Assembly (NCBI GenBank): GCA_046563655.1
Contig: CM102283.1
Coordinates: forward strand, 9,796,001 to 9,860,000
Direction: 5' to 3'
DNA: 64,000 nt
From: Yuukianura sp. NJ FZ-2021
Lineage: Eukaryota
The notes beneath the pieces were generated by a model. It did no database searches. It saw only the letters and a program-made list of their open reading frames with translations, and was not told the origin of the DNA. Positions 40,159 to 53,900 of this stretch are shown one piece after another. Each line of letters begins with the position of its first letter. Positions within the stretch are counted from its first letter, which is position 1. A program made the translations under genes and the position numbers.

Positions 40159-41731
40159 CGACTTCCAAAGTTTCCGGTATGCTTTTATGGATTACTTTAG
40201 TGTTTAACGTTCCTGATGTCGTACATGTGCAAAGCAATAATGGTAACAATATCTTGTTTCTATGCAGTGAATGTGAAGGCTCCAAACAAAACAGCGAAGG
40301 ATTCAACCAAACTTGCAGAATCTACTAAGACAGATCCAGAACTAGGAACTGCTGGAACAGTTCCAGCTAAGCAGGAAGCTGAGAAACAGACAGGAAAAGC
40401 TCAAAAACGATTTATCATCGTTGATCCAGAAAGCAGCTCGGATTCTGATCTTCCAGATCCAGTGAAACGTCCACGGGAAGCCTCTCCTGCTGAGCAAAAG
40501 AAACGAAGTTCAAATGCTTCTGAAGGCTTCTCTGGTCTGCTCAGTAGTCGACGTAAGTTGAACACAACTTGATTAGTCCTTCTAAGTTTTAAATCCTAAA
40601 ACTATTCCACCAGTTGGACCATCAGTTAGCACGGAGAAGGTGAAACCGTCGACTACGAAAGGAGTATTCGATAGACTCGGGAGAACGAGTGACGGAAACC
40701 CATGCATCTCCGGAGAAGCAACAATTATTAGACCAAATCCTTCATCAACTATTTCTAAATCTACTATGGCCAGTGGAAGCGATGTAAGGATTTTTAAAAT
40801 TACATTTTTATTAAAAATCATCAGACATTTCTAATAAGCTGTTTCTTCTTTTCAGTCTTCTTCAGTATTTGAGCGATTGGGACAAAGGGGAAGTGCCAGT
40901 GTATCTACATCAACTAGAACTACTGCTGATGAACCCAGTTCATCTCGTTCTCGTCCTCAAGATGACTTTGATCGACGTCGTGAATCTCTAAGGCGAGACG
41001 ATTACCGAGACAGCTCCAGAGTCGAGGGAAGCGATCGTCGCATCACTCTGCGTCAAAGATCGCCACAACTGGCCAGTCCAGGTAAAACGTTCTCAAATTT
41101 TTTTAATAGTAAGTTGATAAAATAGATTCCTCCAACTTTGGATTTTCCACTTTTCAGTGGTGAGAGTGGCACGGAATCCACCAGGATATCGCTCACCTTC
41201 AAGCACTGTTTCACGCTTGCATTCAGACGTGTCTGATTATAAAACACCAAGTCCACGTAAATCCAAAAATATTATATAAAATATAATAAAATAAGATAAT
41301 AATATAATAAATAAGAAATATATATATAATAAGTTATAAATATAATAATAAATTATAGCTTTCTTTGTTAACAGGAGGTCGAGGTGAGGCTGATTTGAGG
41401 TCAAGAGTTGGTTCTGGAACTGGAAGGGAAAGTCGGAGAAAGGTGAATAAATAGCTTAGTAAGCCAATTACATTTAACTATGCGGTGAGTTCAAACGTTT
41501 TTCTTCCTTCTTTCAAATGTACTTTTGTTTTTGTAGATAATTGGGACTACTATTATCAAGACTAAAAACCGCGGGAGGGACTTCCGTGTGGGTCAAGTAC
41601 TTAAATCAACCAGGATCGAACGGAGCGATGGGACTTCAGTCGTTCAACGCTTCATTGTCAAGAAAGTTTCAAAACCACCACCAACACGTCGCGGATATCT
41701 CCGCAGTCGCAGTCCCTCCGAATCCGATTGA
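39635..41731 (+). CDS. C19orf47: C19orf47 homolog (N-terminal SAM-like/DUF5577 domain, low-complexity Arg/Ser-rich remainder)
   Basis: [55 protein letters not shown] matches C19orf47 W..FF..AGIP...YA..F.DNRI...MLLDL.KE....G.T..GDIIAIL.HAK. Downstream repeats GVFDRLG, SVFERLG and HCFTLAF-adjacent RL motifs; stop at 41729-41731. Confidence 0.85.
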
Positions 41732-42103
41732 ATGCTGAATACTAAAACTACTGGGCTAATTCTTTGTAATTTGGTTGTTTACACCTAGTGCCACTAAAAC
41801 AATACCCTATCATACTAGATACTAAAAAAATACTAAGTTTGTTACTAACGATAAAAGCATGGTCTAGGCCTGTCAAATTTTTGTAAATACTTGTGTATTT
41901 AGTGAATTAAATGGAGTGTGCAACACTTCACCTAAAAGGTAGCAATGTTGTGAGAGCGAAAGAGTCGAGAAGTTGTTTATTTCAGAACTGGAAAGACAAT
42001 CAAGAAAATGCTACCGTGGATTACTTAATCAATTACGATTAGTAATCGTAATACTAAGTTTACATGATTGTGATGATTGGATTCTGGAACGTTGACGAAG
42101 TTT

Positions 42104-42968
42104 TTACGTTGGAGGGGCTTGTTTGGCCATGTCCCGTATCTGAGTGTTGCTCAGAATTTCGACGGGTTGTTGGTTCGTGTTGAAAATGTTGAGAACAATG
42201 GCAGTGGCAACTGCAGAAGTTTCGATGCTCATCAACCGCCAGCGGTCGAGACAACTTGTGACTGATTGCAAAAAAGCTTCCGGAGCACGTCTTTCCGTTC
42301 GATTGCAGAGGAGAACTCCCGGTTGATATATCGATAGTCGCTCAAACTTCATGGCTGTCAGTTCAGCTTCAACTTGACCTTTGACCTTCATGTACAGGAA
42401 GGACGAGTCCTTGTTGGCTCCGCCAGAAGAAACTAAGCTGAAGTGTTTGGTGCCAGCGTCCTTTGCCAATTGAGCAGAGTTGACAATGTAGTCGTGATCC
42501 ACTTTCTTGAACCCTTCGACCCCTGACTTGGCCCGGGTAGTTCCAAGGGCACAGATTCCAGCGTCATATCCCTTGAAGTCCTCAGCATAAGCTGTCAGAT
42601 TGTCAAAGTCAATTATCTTCTGAATGAACTTTGCATATCCCTCGGACTTTGGCAAATCAACCAAACGTCGTCCAAGGAGCGTGACCTTTTCAATTCCAGC
42701 GTTTTCAGCTAATTTCTTGACTACTTCCTTGCCGACTTCCCCAGTGGCTCCAAGGACAAAGACGGAGACTGATCGTTGGGACATGTCAAACTCAAAGACG
42801 AACGGTTCCTATCATAAATCAAAACGTTATAACAATTCCCAAATACGATACTTAAAAGTAAGTAAATGACTTTACCGAAGTTGGGATAAAATCCTGTAGA
42901 TAATAGTATCCTGCAAGAGAAAGGATAATGATCAGTATGGAGGATGTGAACAGTTTGGAGTTGTTCAT
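42104..42968 (-). CDS. HTATIP2: Oxidoreductase HTATIP2 (TIP30), with a probable N-terminal signal anchor exon
   Basis: VFVLGATGEVGKEV; CALGTTRAKSG..GFKKVDHDY; SLVSS.GANKDSSFLYMKVKGQVE; SIYQPGVLLC.R.E.R. Upstream exon 42968-42876 (MNNSKLFTSSILIIILSLAGYYYLQDFIPTS) splices in frame to EPFVFEFDMSQR. Confidence 0.93.
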
Positions 42969-43397
42969 TATCAGTCAGAGTACCCTTAAGAAAGCTCCAG
43001 CTGGAATGGTAGGTCCTTAAATTTTAGCAAGTGTCAGATCACAATGACATGCACAACTTCTGTCGTTCCGTCCAGATGATCAGCTGACTCGAGTGTCCGA
43101 ACCGTCAAGTCCTTTATACCGACCGCCACATGTGTTCGGTGCTCAAACTCCACGAACCACGAAGAGAATACCCACCAAGGACACACTGACACTTCCTCAC
43201 TGTTGAAACGCACATGTTATTCGCAGTAATCATCTTGTCTAATTTGAACCATAGATCAGCTGATCAATAGATTAAAAACATTACTGCATTGAATTATTCG
43301 TACTAAAACCATCTCATTTCATTCAATTTTTAGTACTCGGCTACCTTGGGCTTGGACAATTAATCGCTGCAGCGATATCCAATAGACTACACTAAAC
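42969..43397. promoter_or_regulatory. Putative bidirectional promoter for HTATIP2 and SLX9
   Basis: 429 bp between divergent ATGs; GATCAGCTGA at ~43077 and the palindrome GATCAGCTGATC at ~43254, resembling the housekeeping E-box (Ohler motif 5). Confidence 0.5.
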
Positions 43398-44228
43398 ATG
43401 GGGAAACCCAAACAACGGCCTCGTCTATCCACTGGCTTCGCAGCAGCAAAACAGACACAGTGCATCCTGTCAACTGGACTAAAATCCACTCCAACCAGAG
43501 ACAATGTCGCCCATGTCAAACCCAGTTTGACCTCTGGGAGTTCCGCTCCTGCGTGGCTCACCGAACTTCGCTCAGGCAAAATCACCAAAGCCAAGGCGAA
43601 GAAACGACGTCAACAGAACGTTCTGCCAAACGTTTCTTCAGCGCAAGTCCTGGATTCTGCCGTGACACACAACGTTTCAAAAGTACCAATCGCTTTGAAT
43701 ACTGGAGCCACTATTACCAGTACAAAGGCTTCACCCCTTGATCCTCAAGCTTTTCTAACAGCAACCCGAAAGCAAATGAAGCTGGTTATTCGTAGCAAGA
43801 AATCAAGGGAACTGATCAAGAAGGAAGTCTTTCGCAAAAGTAACAAACGCCATCTAATTCTTAAATTACTTAATTAAGTGTTCAATTATGTTTCAGAGGT
43901 TGAAGACATCAAGGCAGAAGAGAAATCCAAGAAAGAGAAAAAGGCTCGTCAGAAAACCGTAATAGTCGGAGACATGCGACCAATCTTAGATGCCCTTCCA
44001 CCAGTACTGTCTCTGGATGACGAGATTCAAAACTTAATTAACCAATGCAACGATTCTGGAAGGAAACTAAAGCCAAAGCGGAAACTAACCATGAAAAGGC
44101 GGCAGGAAGAAATGTAAGTGAAAGGACATTTCCAAATCAAAACTAAATTCACTTCGACTAATCTTAACTTTTTTATCATTTCCAGTGCACAAGGATTGAA
44201 ATATTTCTCTGCTAAGCTAAAAACATGA
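43398..44228 (+). CDS. SLX9: Ribosome biogenesis protein SLX9 / FAM207A homolog; 3 exons
   Basis: MGK start, highly basic, with KKEKKARQKTVIVGDMRPILDALP (FAM207A motif VVGDL.PL.DALP). Introns at ~43840-43896 and 44114-44185. The C-terminus is shorter than I recall for the family. Confidence 0.72.
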
Positions 44229-44288
44229 AACAACTGGAATTTATAAAGAATATAACTTATAACTAAATTTTAATAAATACAAATAAAC

Positions 44289-45420
44289 TTATGGCTTATC
44301 TTTCTCTTCCATTTCCTCAGCACCAGCCACCACTGCCTTAGTTTGTCGGTTACGCGGAGGCTTTTTGACAGTCAAGTCCACAGTTCGCAGTGGCGTAAAT
44401 CTTGGTAGTGCAGAAGGCTCAACATAAATCAAAGGCTGGAAGTCCCCTATGTCGCCCAGCACGGTTATTTGTGGTTCGTCCGTATCCAGCACTTCCACTG
44501 GGGGAGCCATGTATATACCATCAGATGTAGATGTCGCAGGAACTTCTGCTGAAGCTTCAGCAGGTTGCCGCCGTGTAATGTTTCTTCTGGTCATTTTCAA
44601 AACCTTGTGAACTTTTGCCACCAGTTCGTAATCGGTGTTGCAGTATTTGTGATTTGAGAAAACCGGATTCAGAGGAGGGTCTGGCTCTGGGATCAAAGAC
44701 GTCAAAACCGTCTTTGGAGGCGGTTGATTTGTCGATAGTGGATCGCGTTCCGGTTCGGACTCGGCTTGGGAATCTGCCTTGGAGTTGTCAGTCTTCTCAC
44801 GAAATAGTAAATTCGTCCCCATCGGCTCTTCGTACTTCCCCATGTAGAAACTAAGAATCAAAATGTAACACAACTCTAATTAAAATTCACTCAACTAATT
44901 AAAACTCACAAAACGTTACTCACCGTTCTCCAATTTGTAGAATAGGATGATCGTCATCTAGGTTGTAAAATACGAGACTAATCTTCGGTCGTGTGGGTTT
45001 AATAACTTTGGGGTTCTCTTCCCTGTGCCGTTTTGCTTGGCTTAGAAGGAAGTCATCTGGTTCCTTGGCAAAGAGCTCTTGGATGTTTGGAATGTCATCA
45101 AGGTCAACGTAGATCAAAGTCTCTTCCCAATCATCGTCGTCAGCTCCTTCCGGACACTCTTCTTCGTCAACTTCCATTTGTTCGGCATCCACATCGATAG
45201 TAATAGGTTCATCTTGAATGACGTTGGTTGAGAGAGGATCCCGCGGAATCCTGAATCGGACGTTGTCATCATGACGGTGACGACGAATAGTCGCTCTGGA
45301 TGTTGAGGGTTGTTCTCTGTCAATTGGTTGTAACTGAATTACGGAAGAGGTCAATCGTTCCGGAATACCGGAATCTGGAGGATGGAAAATTATCTCCACT
45401 TGGTCCGTCAAATCCTCCAT
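44289..45420 (-). CDS. GTF3C6: General transcription factor IIIC subunit 6 (TFIIIC35 / tau55-like); 2 coding exons
   Basis: An acidic run then EETLIYVDL, NLDDDHPILQIGER|FYMGKYEEPMGTNLLFRE and YELVAKVHKVLKMTR fit the TFIIIC_sub6 domain (PILQ.....F.G.YED..GT...F.E). Confidence 0.8.
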
Positions 45421-46118
45421 ATCTTTTTAGAAACAAAAACAACAGAACATCAATTAGTTTAAGCTTAATTCTACGGTAACGTCTGATCAGTTAATTAAGT
45501 AAAACTTACTAGTAGACCTGCTGTGACGTTTGTTTTGCGAAATACAAGGTTAGTAGACGTTCAAATCCCGATTCCCGACAAGAGGAACAAGGAATTTGGT
45601 TTGTTTCCACTTTTGGAGGATGCGGTGTAGAACGGAGTGCGGACCGAAAGGCTAACAAAAATCTTCCCAAAACTTTGTTTTGGGTTTATCATTTGAATTT
45701 GAGTACAGAGTTCCCGCAATTTAATCCCAGCTCCAAAATTGCTTGGAGACTAATCCTATGAAAATGAGGAAACCGCTGACATGGTTATCTGAGTATTAGA
45801 CATCTCTAGAATACGAACATGAGACAAAAGTGCGGGAAATGTTCTCTCAAATTCAAAAAAAAAAAAAACTAAAATCAAAACAAAAAATAGTAACAAAAGA
45901 CAAACCAAAAGAATTTAGTAATCCGAATTCAATCATTGAATTTCAATGTTGTTATTATTGAGTTCATTGAAGTCGATTAGTATCTAATTAATCAATGATT
46001 TGTTTTAGGAATTAATTAGTAGTTGTAGTACTAATTAATCTAATCTAATCTAGTACTAATTAATCTAATAATAACTTTGTCTTATATGCAAAAGAAGATC
46101 AAACAGAAAAGATTACGA

Positions 46119-47235
<1,117 letters not shown>

Positions 47236-47978
47236 ATCCCGAACTTCTCGGAGTTGGACATTGAATGCCTGCTTCGATTTTAAACGGTTAGTCTGAAATA
47301 AGTCGCATAGTTGAAGCCAACTGGGTATGTTTTAATTTGAACCTGGTTATTGACATATTTTGAATTAAGTGTCTGAAATACTCCGTTCATGAATAAAGAT
47401 ACATTGCCATTTGTTTGTTTCCAGCTACAGACTATGTTAATGACTTTTGAAGATAATGCTTAGTATGGAGCTGGAAATGAGGAAGTTAGCCAAGGGTCAA
47501 AGATCTTGGACACTCAGAGGATGAGCTCCCTCCAGATAATAACGTCTACAACTGAGAATCTTTGTTTTCATGAACTCTGGAGAATGAAAGGGAAATGGCA
47601 AATCTGTACTTTGTCCATCACTCTTACTTTTGTGTTCGTTCTCATCTTGTAACTTGGTTCACTTTCTCAAATTTTGAAATTCCTAATTTGCATAGTCGAA
47701 ACCTTTTTCCAGTTTTAGTTGAATTTTTCAAAGTGAAAGTGAAGTTTGGAATGAGGTGAGCATGGTTTTGGAAATTTCATTGAAACGGAATTGGAGCTGG
47801 ACTTTGATTAGGGACAATTGCTGGCAGTTTGTGTCCACTTTCTGGAGAAACGTTGTTCAGTTTTTGAACTTTGGAGAATCACAACCATCTTGTCCAGCCA
47901 AGAGAATGGTTTAGCTTCTTCTTGTTCGTTTCATACTTTTTTCCTTCAACATTTCTCTAGTGTTTCCAGAAACTGAAA

Positions 47979-50900
47979 ATGTGTGACGTGAAGTGCCGCC
48001 AGTTTTTAGTTTTTCCATTTTGGATTTTATTTTGGTTCATTGCCGAAAGTAGTGGACAGTGGCCTGCACATGGTAAGCCCAACTTTTTCCTTAATTTTGA
48101 AATGAATGAAAAGCGCTGGAGTGTTGAACTAATCGCTTCTGAGACGCTGACTTTAGTGTTATCTTTATCACTTCTCTAAAAAAGAAAGCCAGAGACACAA
48201 ACATCAGTTTCCGTTGGACAAGATGAAAAGGGCAATGACCTTTTGTGCAAAATTCAACTAATTCTAACTTTTCAAAACTGTTTGAACAGTTTTTGAAAAT
48301 GGGACAACTTTTTGTCATTATTTATTTTCAGATTTTATAGATTTGTTAGAAGCGACTAGAGTTTCCGAGATTCCGCTTGGCGTGACAAGGACGAGGGGAT
48401 TTTGCGAGAGAAGACCGATTTCTGTGGTCCCACCGGGTGGGACCAGAGATGCTGAAGATCATGAGGATGATGTAGCCTACAGAATTTCATCTTCTGCACT
48501 CGTTTCCATCAACACCGCTGAAATTTTCCCAAGTGACACATTTTAAACACTTCTCCATTAAATTCCGCAATGACATTTTTAATTTTAATTTGTAGATGGA
48601 TTTCCAAGAGATTTTTCCATCGTTTCAACAATTCGTCCAGAAGTGGATACTCGCTCAGTGTTGTTTTCCGTGTACAATGACATTGGAGACGAGCAGTTGG
48701 CAGTCGAAATCGATGACAGAGTCACTCTCATTTATGAGGTACGTCAACAAAAAATTTGTTTTCCTAAATTTCAATTTTTGGAACATGAAAGTTTAGAAGT
48801 GGAATTTTTTTTAGGACAATGCCATTGAGCCTCCGAATGTCTACAGAGCTTCGTTTGATGTGACGATAAACGACGGAAAGTAAGGAACAGAGTGACTGAA
48901 AAGTGGCAAATTTTGTACTAAAAAGTGTCTAATTTTGTGCTAAAAAGTGTTTAATTTGTTAGGTGGCATCGACTGGGCATGAGTGTGAAGGGGAACTCCG
49001 TCACACTTTTAGTGGACTGTCGAGAAGTGGGTTACCTCGTGTTGAATCGAACTGGTGGCTCTGTTCCCGCCAACTCAGGCGTCCTCCTCATCGGTCAACA
49101 GTTGCTAAACGACAAAGCATTTTTCCTTGGCGACATTCAGCAGTTGATGATAGTTCCGGATCCAGCGGCAGCCTACGACGTCTGCGTCAAGTACATGCCA
49201 GCATGTCACCTCCCCTTTCCAAGGATACAAACGGAGCAAGAGGGAGAAGTGGATAGAGGACGTTCCAAGCCTGCAAATGAAACGGTAACACTCCAAAAAA
49301 AGTCAAAAAAGTTCATTTTTGAGTTTTTGTTTGGAATTGAAGGTTGAATCTGCGAAGATTGTTTACATTCGTGGGGCGAGAGGTTATGCTGGTCATCCGG
49401 GCCCTCAAGGGCCAAAAGGCGACAAAGGTGAAGCTGGCCGCGATGGCCTGAATGGCGTTGTGGGTTCTGCTGGAGCTCCTGGACATGTTTTCATGATTCC
49501 AGTAAGATATGGATGTTCAAAATTTTAAAATTTGGGAAAAATAAAAAGAAAATTTTGATTTTATTTTGTTTAGCTTAGTTCTGCCATCAGTGGAGGCGGT
49601 GGATCCAAAGGCCCTGACGCCACTGCAGAAGCTCTGAGGCAAATGCTGGCCCAGCACATGGTACCTATTTTTCTAAAAAGTAAGGAAAACGTAAAACTAA
49701 ACTTTAGTTTCTAATTTCAGATGGCAATGCAGGGACCTGTTGGTCCGGTAAGACAAATCAATCAATTTGTAATTTTTGGAATAAATATATAATTAAAAGT
49801 AATTAAAATATTTTTGTCAGGTTGGTTTAACCGGAATGCCTGGGCCTATCGGTATGAAAATTGGAATTGTACTCAAGCAGTATTTGTAGTTCAACTTTTA
49901 AATTTAAATGTAAATTTTAGGACCGACGGGTTCGGATGGACAGAAAGGGGAGCAAGGCGAGGTAAATAGAACAGAGATTAATTAGTTGAAAGTTGTTCTG
50001 ATTAATTCAACTATTAACCAAATTTTGGTATTGCAGTCTGGGGGTAAGTTTTCAAAAACATTTTCCAAAGAGAAGGAAAACTGAAACAAAGTGAAATTTT
50101 CAGAACATGGACCAAGGGGTCACAGAGGAGAGGTAAGAATTTTCTATTTAAAAAAAAACAATTGAAATTTGAAACTAATCTTGATGTTGAGATGGGGGAG
50201 AGGGGCAGAGATGGAAAGCGGGGCAGAGCTGGAAGAGACGGAGGTAAGCTTGTACATTGTTAAATTTCATGAAATTAGTTACGTAATTATGAAACTTTCA
50301 AAATTGAAACAATATTTTTAGAGCGTGGGATTTCCGGACCTCCTGGTAAGTTTTTCAATTCAGTTTTTTGGTGTGGCGTTCTTCTAACACACAACGTATT
50401 TTGAAAATTAGGTGAGAAGGGAGAAGTAGGCCCTCAGGTAAGGCTTTATTTATAAACAACAGTTATAACAAAAATTCCAATGAAAATTCTAATTGATTTT
50501 TGTTTGCAGGGTATTCCGGGGTAAGTTAACTTTTTTGATAAAAAATTATGACGGCACGTGTAAATGTAAACTTTTTTCGTAAAATTTGAAAGCTTGCCTG
50601 GTGAAAAGGGTGATCGCGGAGAAAGTAAGTGAAAGTTTCTATTATTCTTCATTTTGCAACAGTTTGTAGCATAATCGTGTCTTATATTTTAGAAGGCGCA
50701 CAAGGCGAGAAAGGGGCTCCTGGACATGATGTAATGACCTTTGACACTTTAAAATTCTGAATTATCCAAATGACAAAGATGACATTATGCTATTTCTGAT
50801 AGGGCGAGGCAGGTGACGTTGGTCCACAAGGATCCGTAAGTTTTAGAGATTTAAATTAGACTTTTAATTAAATTGTTAAAGTAAATTAACTTCCAAATGG

Positions 50901-53900
50901 AAATTAATCAGACTGGCCTTGGCGGGGAGATAGGTCCTAGAGGTTTTCTCGGACCAAGAGGATTTCCCGGGTAATGACTTCTCAACGTCATGTTCAAACT
51001 TCAAATTGGCGTTCTTAAATTCCTTTTGGCTTTTTAAAAAAATTTGATTGACTTTCAGGCCACCAGGACCTTCAGGGGGTAAGGACTTGACGAATTGGAC
51101 GTGATTTGATTTGAAATTTTTTTTACAAATGTACTTCTATTCAAATAGTTAACGGGAACGAGGGCCCCCCTGGCCAAAAAGGAAATCCTGGTAAAAGACT
51201 TTGCAATTCCTTTAAAAAGTAACTTGTGAATGCGAATTAAAAAACAATTTTTTTTATGTAGGCCCCGAAGGCCCTCCTGGAATGATCGGAAGTACTGGAC
51301 CGATCGGTCCAATAGGAAGGTAACACACAATTGTGGATCAAAGTAGTTACAGTAATAAGTGTAATTAGTAATTACAGTAACTAGTAATTGCTCATTTGTT
51401 GATCAGTCCTGGCCCCGTTGGACCGAATGGGCCGATCGGCCCTCCAGGGCCTCAGGTCAGTTTTCACTCACTTGCCAATGATGGCCATTTGCCTAAACAT
51501 TTCCACATTCCGAAAAAGTTGCTAAACTTGTGTTATTTCGCAGGGCAAGCCTGGATCTCACGGACTTCCTGGAAACGACGGGTAATTTTAAGTTAATTGT
51601 TAAGTTAGGCAATAAAATTGGAGTTCATTTGGATTATAGTCCAGCGGGACGTGATGGAAATCCAGGAATTGGCGGAATTAAAGGGGATCAAGGCCACAAA
51701 GGCCCTCAGGTGAGTGCAACATTTTAAACTAATTAATATCTAATTAGTTATTAATTTAAATGAAATGCCACCTAATGTTAGTGTTGAGTTGAGATAAAGA
51801 AGTCGTTTCTTATTGTGCCTAAAATTATTGCTCCAAACGAGGTGTCTCGACATGCCCCATTTTGTCTCAATTTTGAATCTTTCTGGCGGGTAAAAACTGA
51901 CAAATTTTTATTTTGCAAGGGCAAAAATTACAAAACAAACAAAAATTTTGATAAAGTTATCAAGTTATTGATTAAACCGGATTAATTAATCACTGACGAC
52001 AGCATTGTTGTGTTTCCAACGAAGAATTGGATTGACCTTGTCACGGTAAGAGTTCAACTACAGATTAACTTCATTCACAATACTTTCCTGTACGCTTGTT
52101 TACGGAAGCTCAGCATTTTAAAGTTAAAATTTTCTTACAGAGATCTTTGCCCTTGAAATATCCGATGATTAGATGTCCAAAATGACGTTGATGCAACGTC
52201 TGGCAGGTCGCTGCGTTTGCGTATCTCCACTGAGAACAAGAGTAGCTCCGATTTTATCCACATTGAACTTTGACATTATACACCACCGATACGGAAACCA
52301 CTATTTTCATAACTACGTAAAAACATACACCAGTCATCCATCACATCTCCAACCGCCGAATCCAACTGACGAAGAATTGGACTTGGATAAATTCATCTCT
52401 ACATTGGAACGAGTACCGAAGCAAACATTCGGAAGAACTTTTTTACATGCCTGGGTCCAACACATGATTCGTTTCCCTCAGCAGCTGAACAACGTCTCTT
52501 GGCCAGATATCACCCGTCGCTGTATAGAAATGGACCGATCAATTGATCAACACACCTTCAGTGGAATTCTGCTCCAAATCTGCAATGGCCTTCACGACAT
52601 TACAGTTGCTGAAGAATACTTGAAGTGGGACACTAATCCCTCTCTAAGTGCCCTCACACTGCACATTCGCACTCTAGGATTCAAAAATCATGAGGAATCA
52701 AGGATCTTAGAACTATACGAGTTGATTAAAAAGAAGAATCGAGGGGTTTGGGATTTCCAGTCCGGGGAACGTGTCATTACAGCGTTGAGCAAAACTTCGA
52801 AATGGCGAGACTGTTTGGACATCATAAAGAAAATGGAAATTGGAGGGACAGTTCCAACAGTTTGCTACTCGTTCATTGCCAGTGCTGCTTTTGACCGAAA
52901 AGAAATTGAGCTCGGATGGAGCCTCCTTAATAATAACATCAAGCATCACCGACTTTCTGGAGAAACGTTTGCTTCTTACCTCAGAAACGTTCAGCCAACC
53001 GAAGAAAACGTTGTGAAACTTCTTGATTTCATGGATTTATATGAACATTTCGCAGACGAAATGACCATTCAAGCTCTTCGAAGCATTTTTGAGAATTGCC
53101 TGGGATACACTGGAACAGTATCGGACATTCTTCCGTCAAAAGCGACCTGCTCATCTTGTGGAACTCAATTGGAGAAGAACGCTCTTAGTCAAGGTTTGTA
53201 AACAAGAAAATAGTTTTTCTTTAACAGGTCATGGAATAAGTCGCTTTTTTTTTACTTTTTCTAGCCGAATATGTTCACCTAGTTGACTCATTTATGAACA
53301 AAGTACTCCAAGATGAAGACATTTTTCTCAACACGACTCCACAAGAACTGAAACATTTTAGGAACTTTATAGCTGGAAGGGGGCCCTTTGACTATGTCCT
53401 GGATGGACTCAACATTGGATATGCACTGGGGAGACACAATTTAGGAGAGTCTGCTCAGAATTTACAAGACTTGGTGGAGCAGTTGTCACGAGAGGGAAGT
53501 CGCGTTCTGGTGATAGGACGGAAGCACATGACAAAATGGCCACGAAGGAACATGCAAGGAGTAGAACGATGTGCTACTCTGTACTTGATCAACAACAACT
53601 CCAATGACGATCCATTCATCATTTACTCTACGCTAAAAAGCCACTGCGGTGCGAAGTTTGTGTCCAAGGACATGATGAGGAACCACACTTTTCGTCTGGG
53701 GGATCCCGTTTTGGCTAGACTTTTTAAAAGATGGAGACTTTCGAATCAGTTGACGATTGAGGCCGGTAGTGGCCGAGGTGTGCTGCGTACGGTTCCTTTT
53801 ACACCAATTCTGCCCGTTCCTCAGAAGAATTCGGACAGTGGAATTTGGCATATTCCTTATGACTCTGATCGATTACTGTCACCCTATGACTTACCTTCTA

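Noticed and set aside
45510-45580. Possible tRNA around GTTCAAATCCC
   Set aside because: No T-stem pairing, acceptor stem or A-box was found. It is kept only as an isolated B-box candidate.
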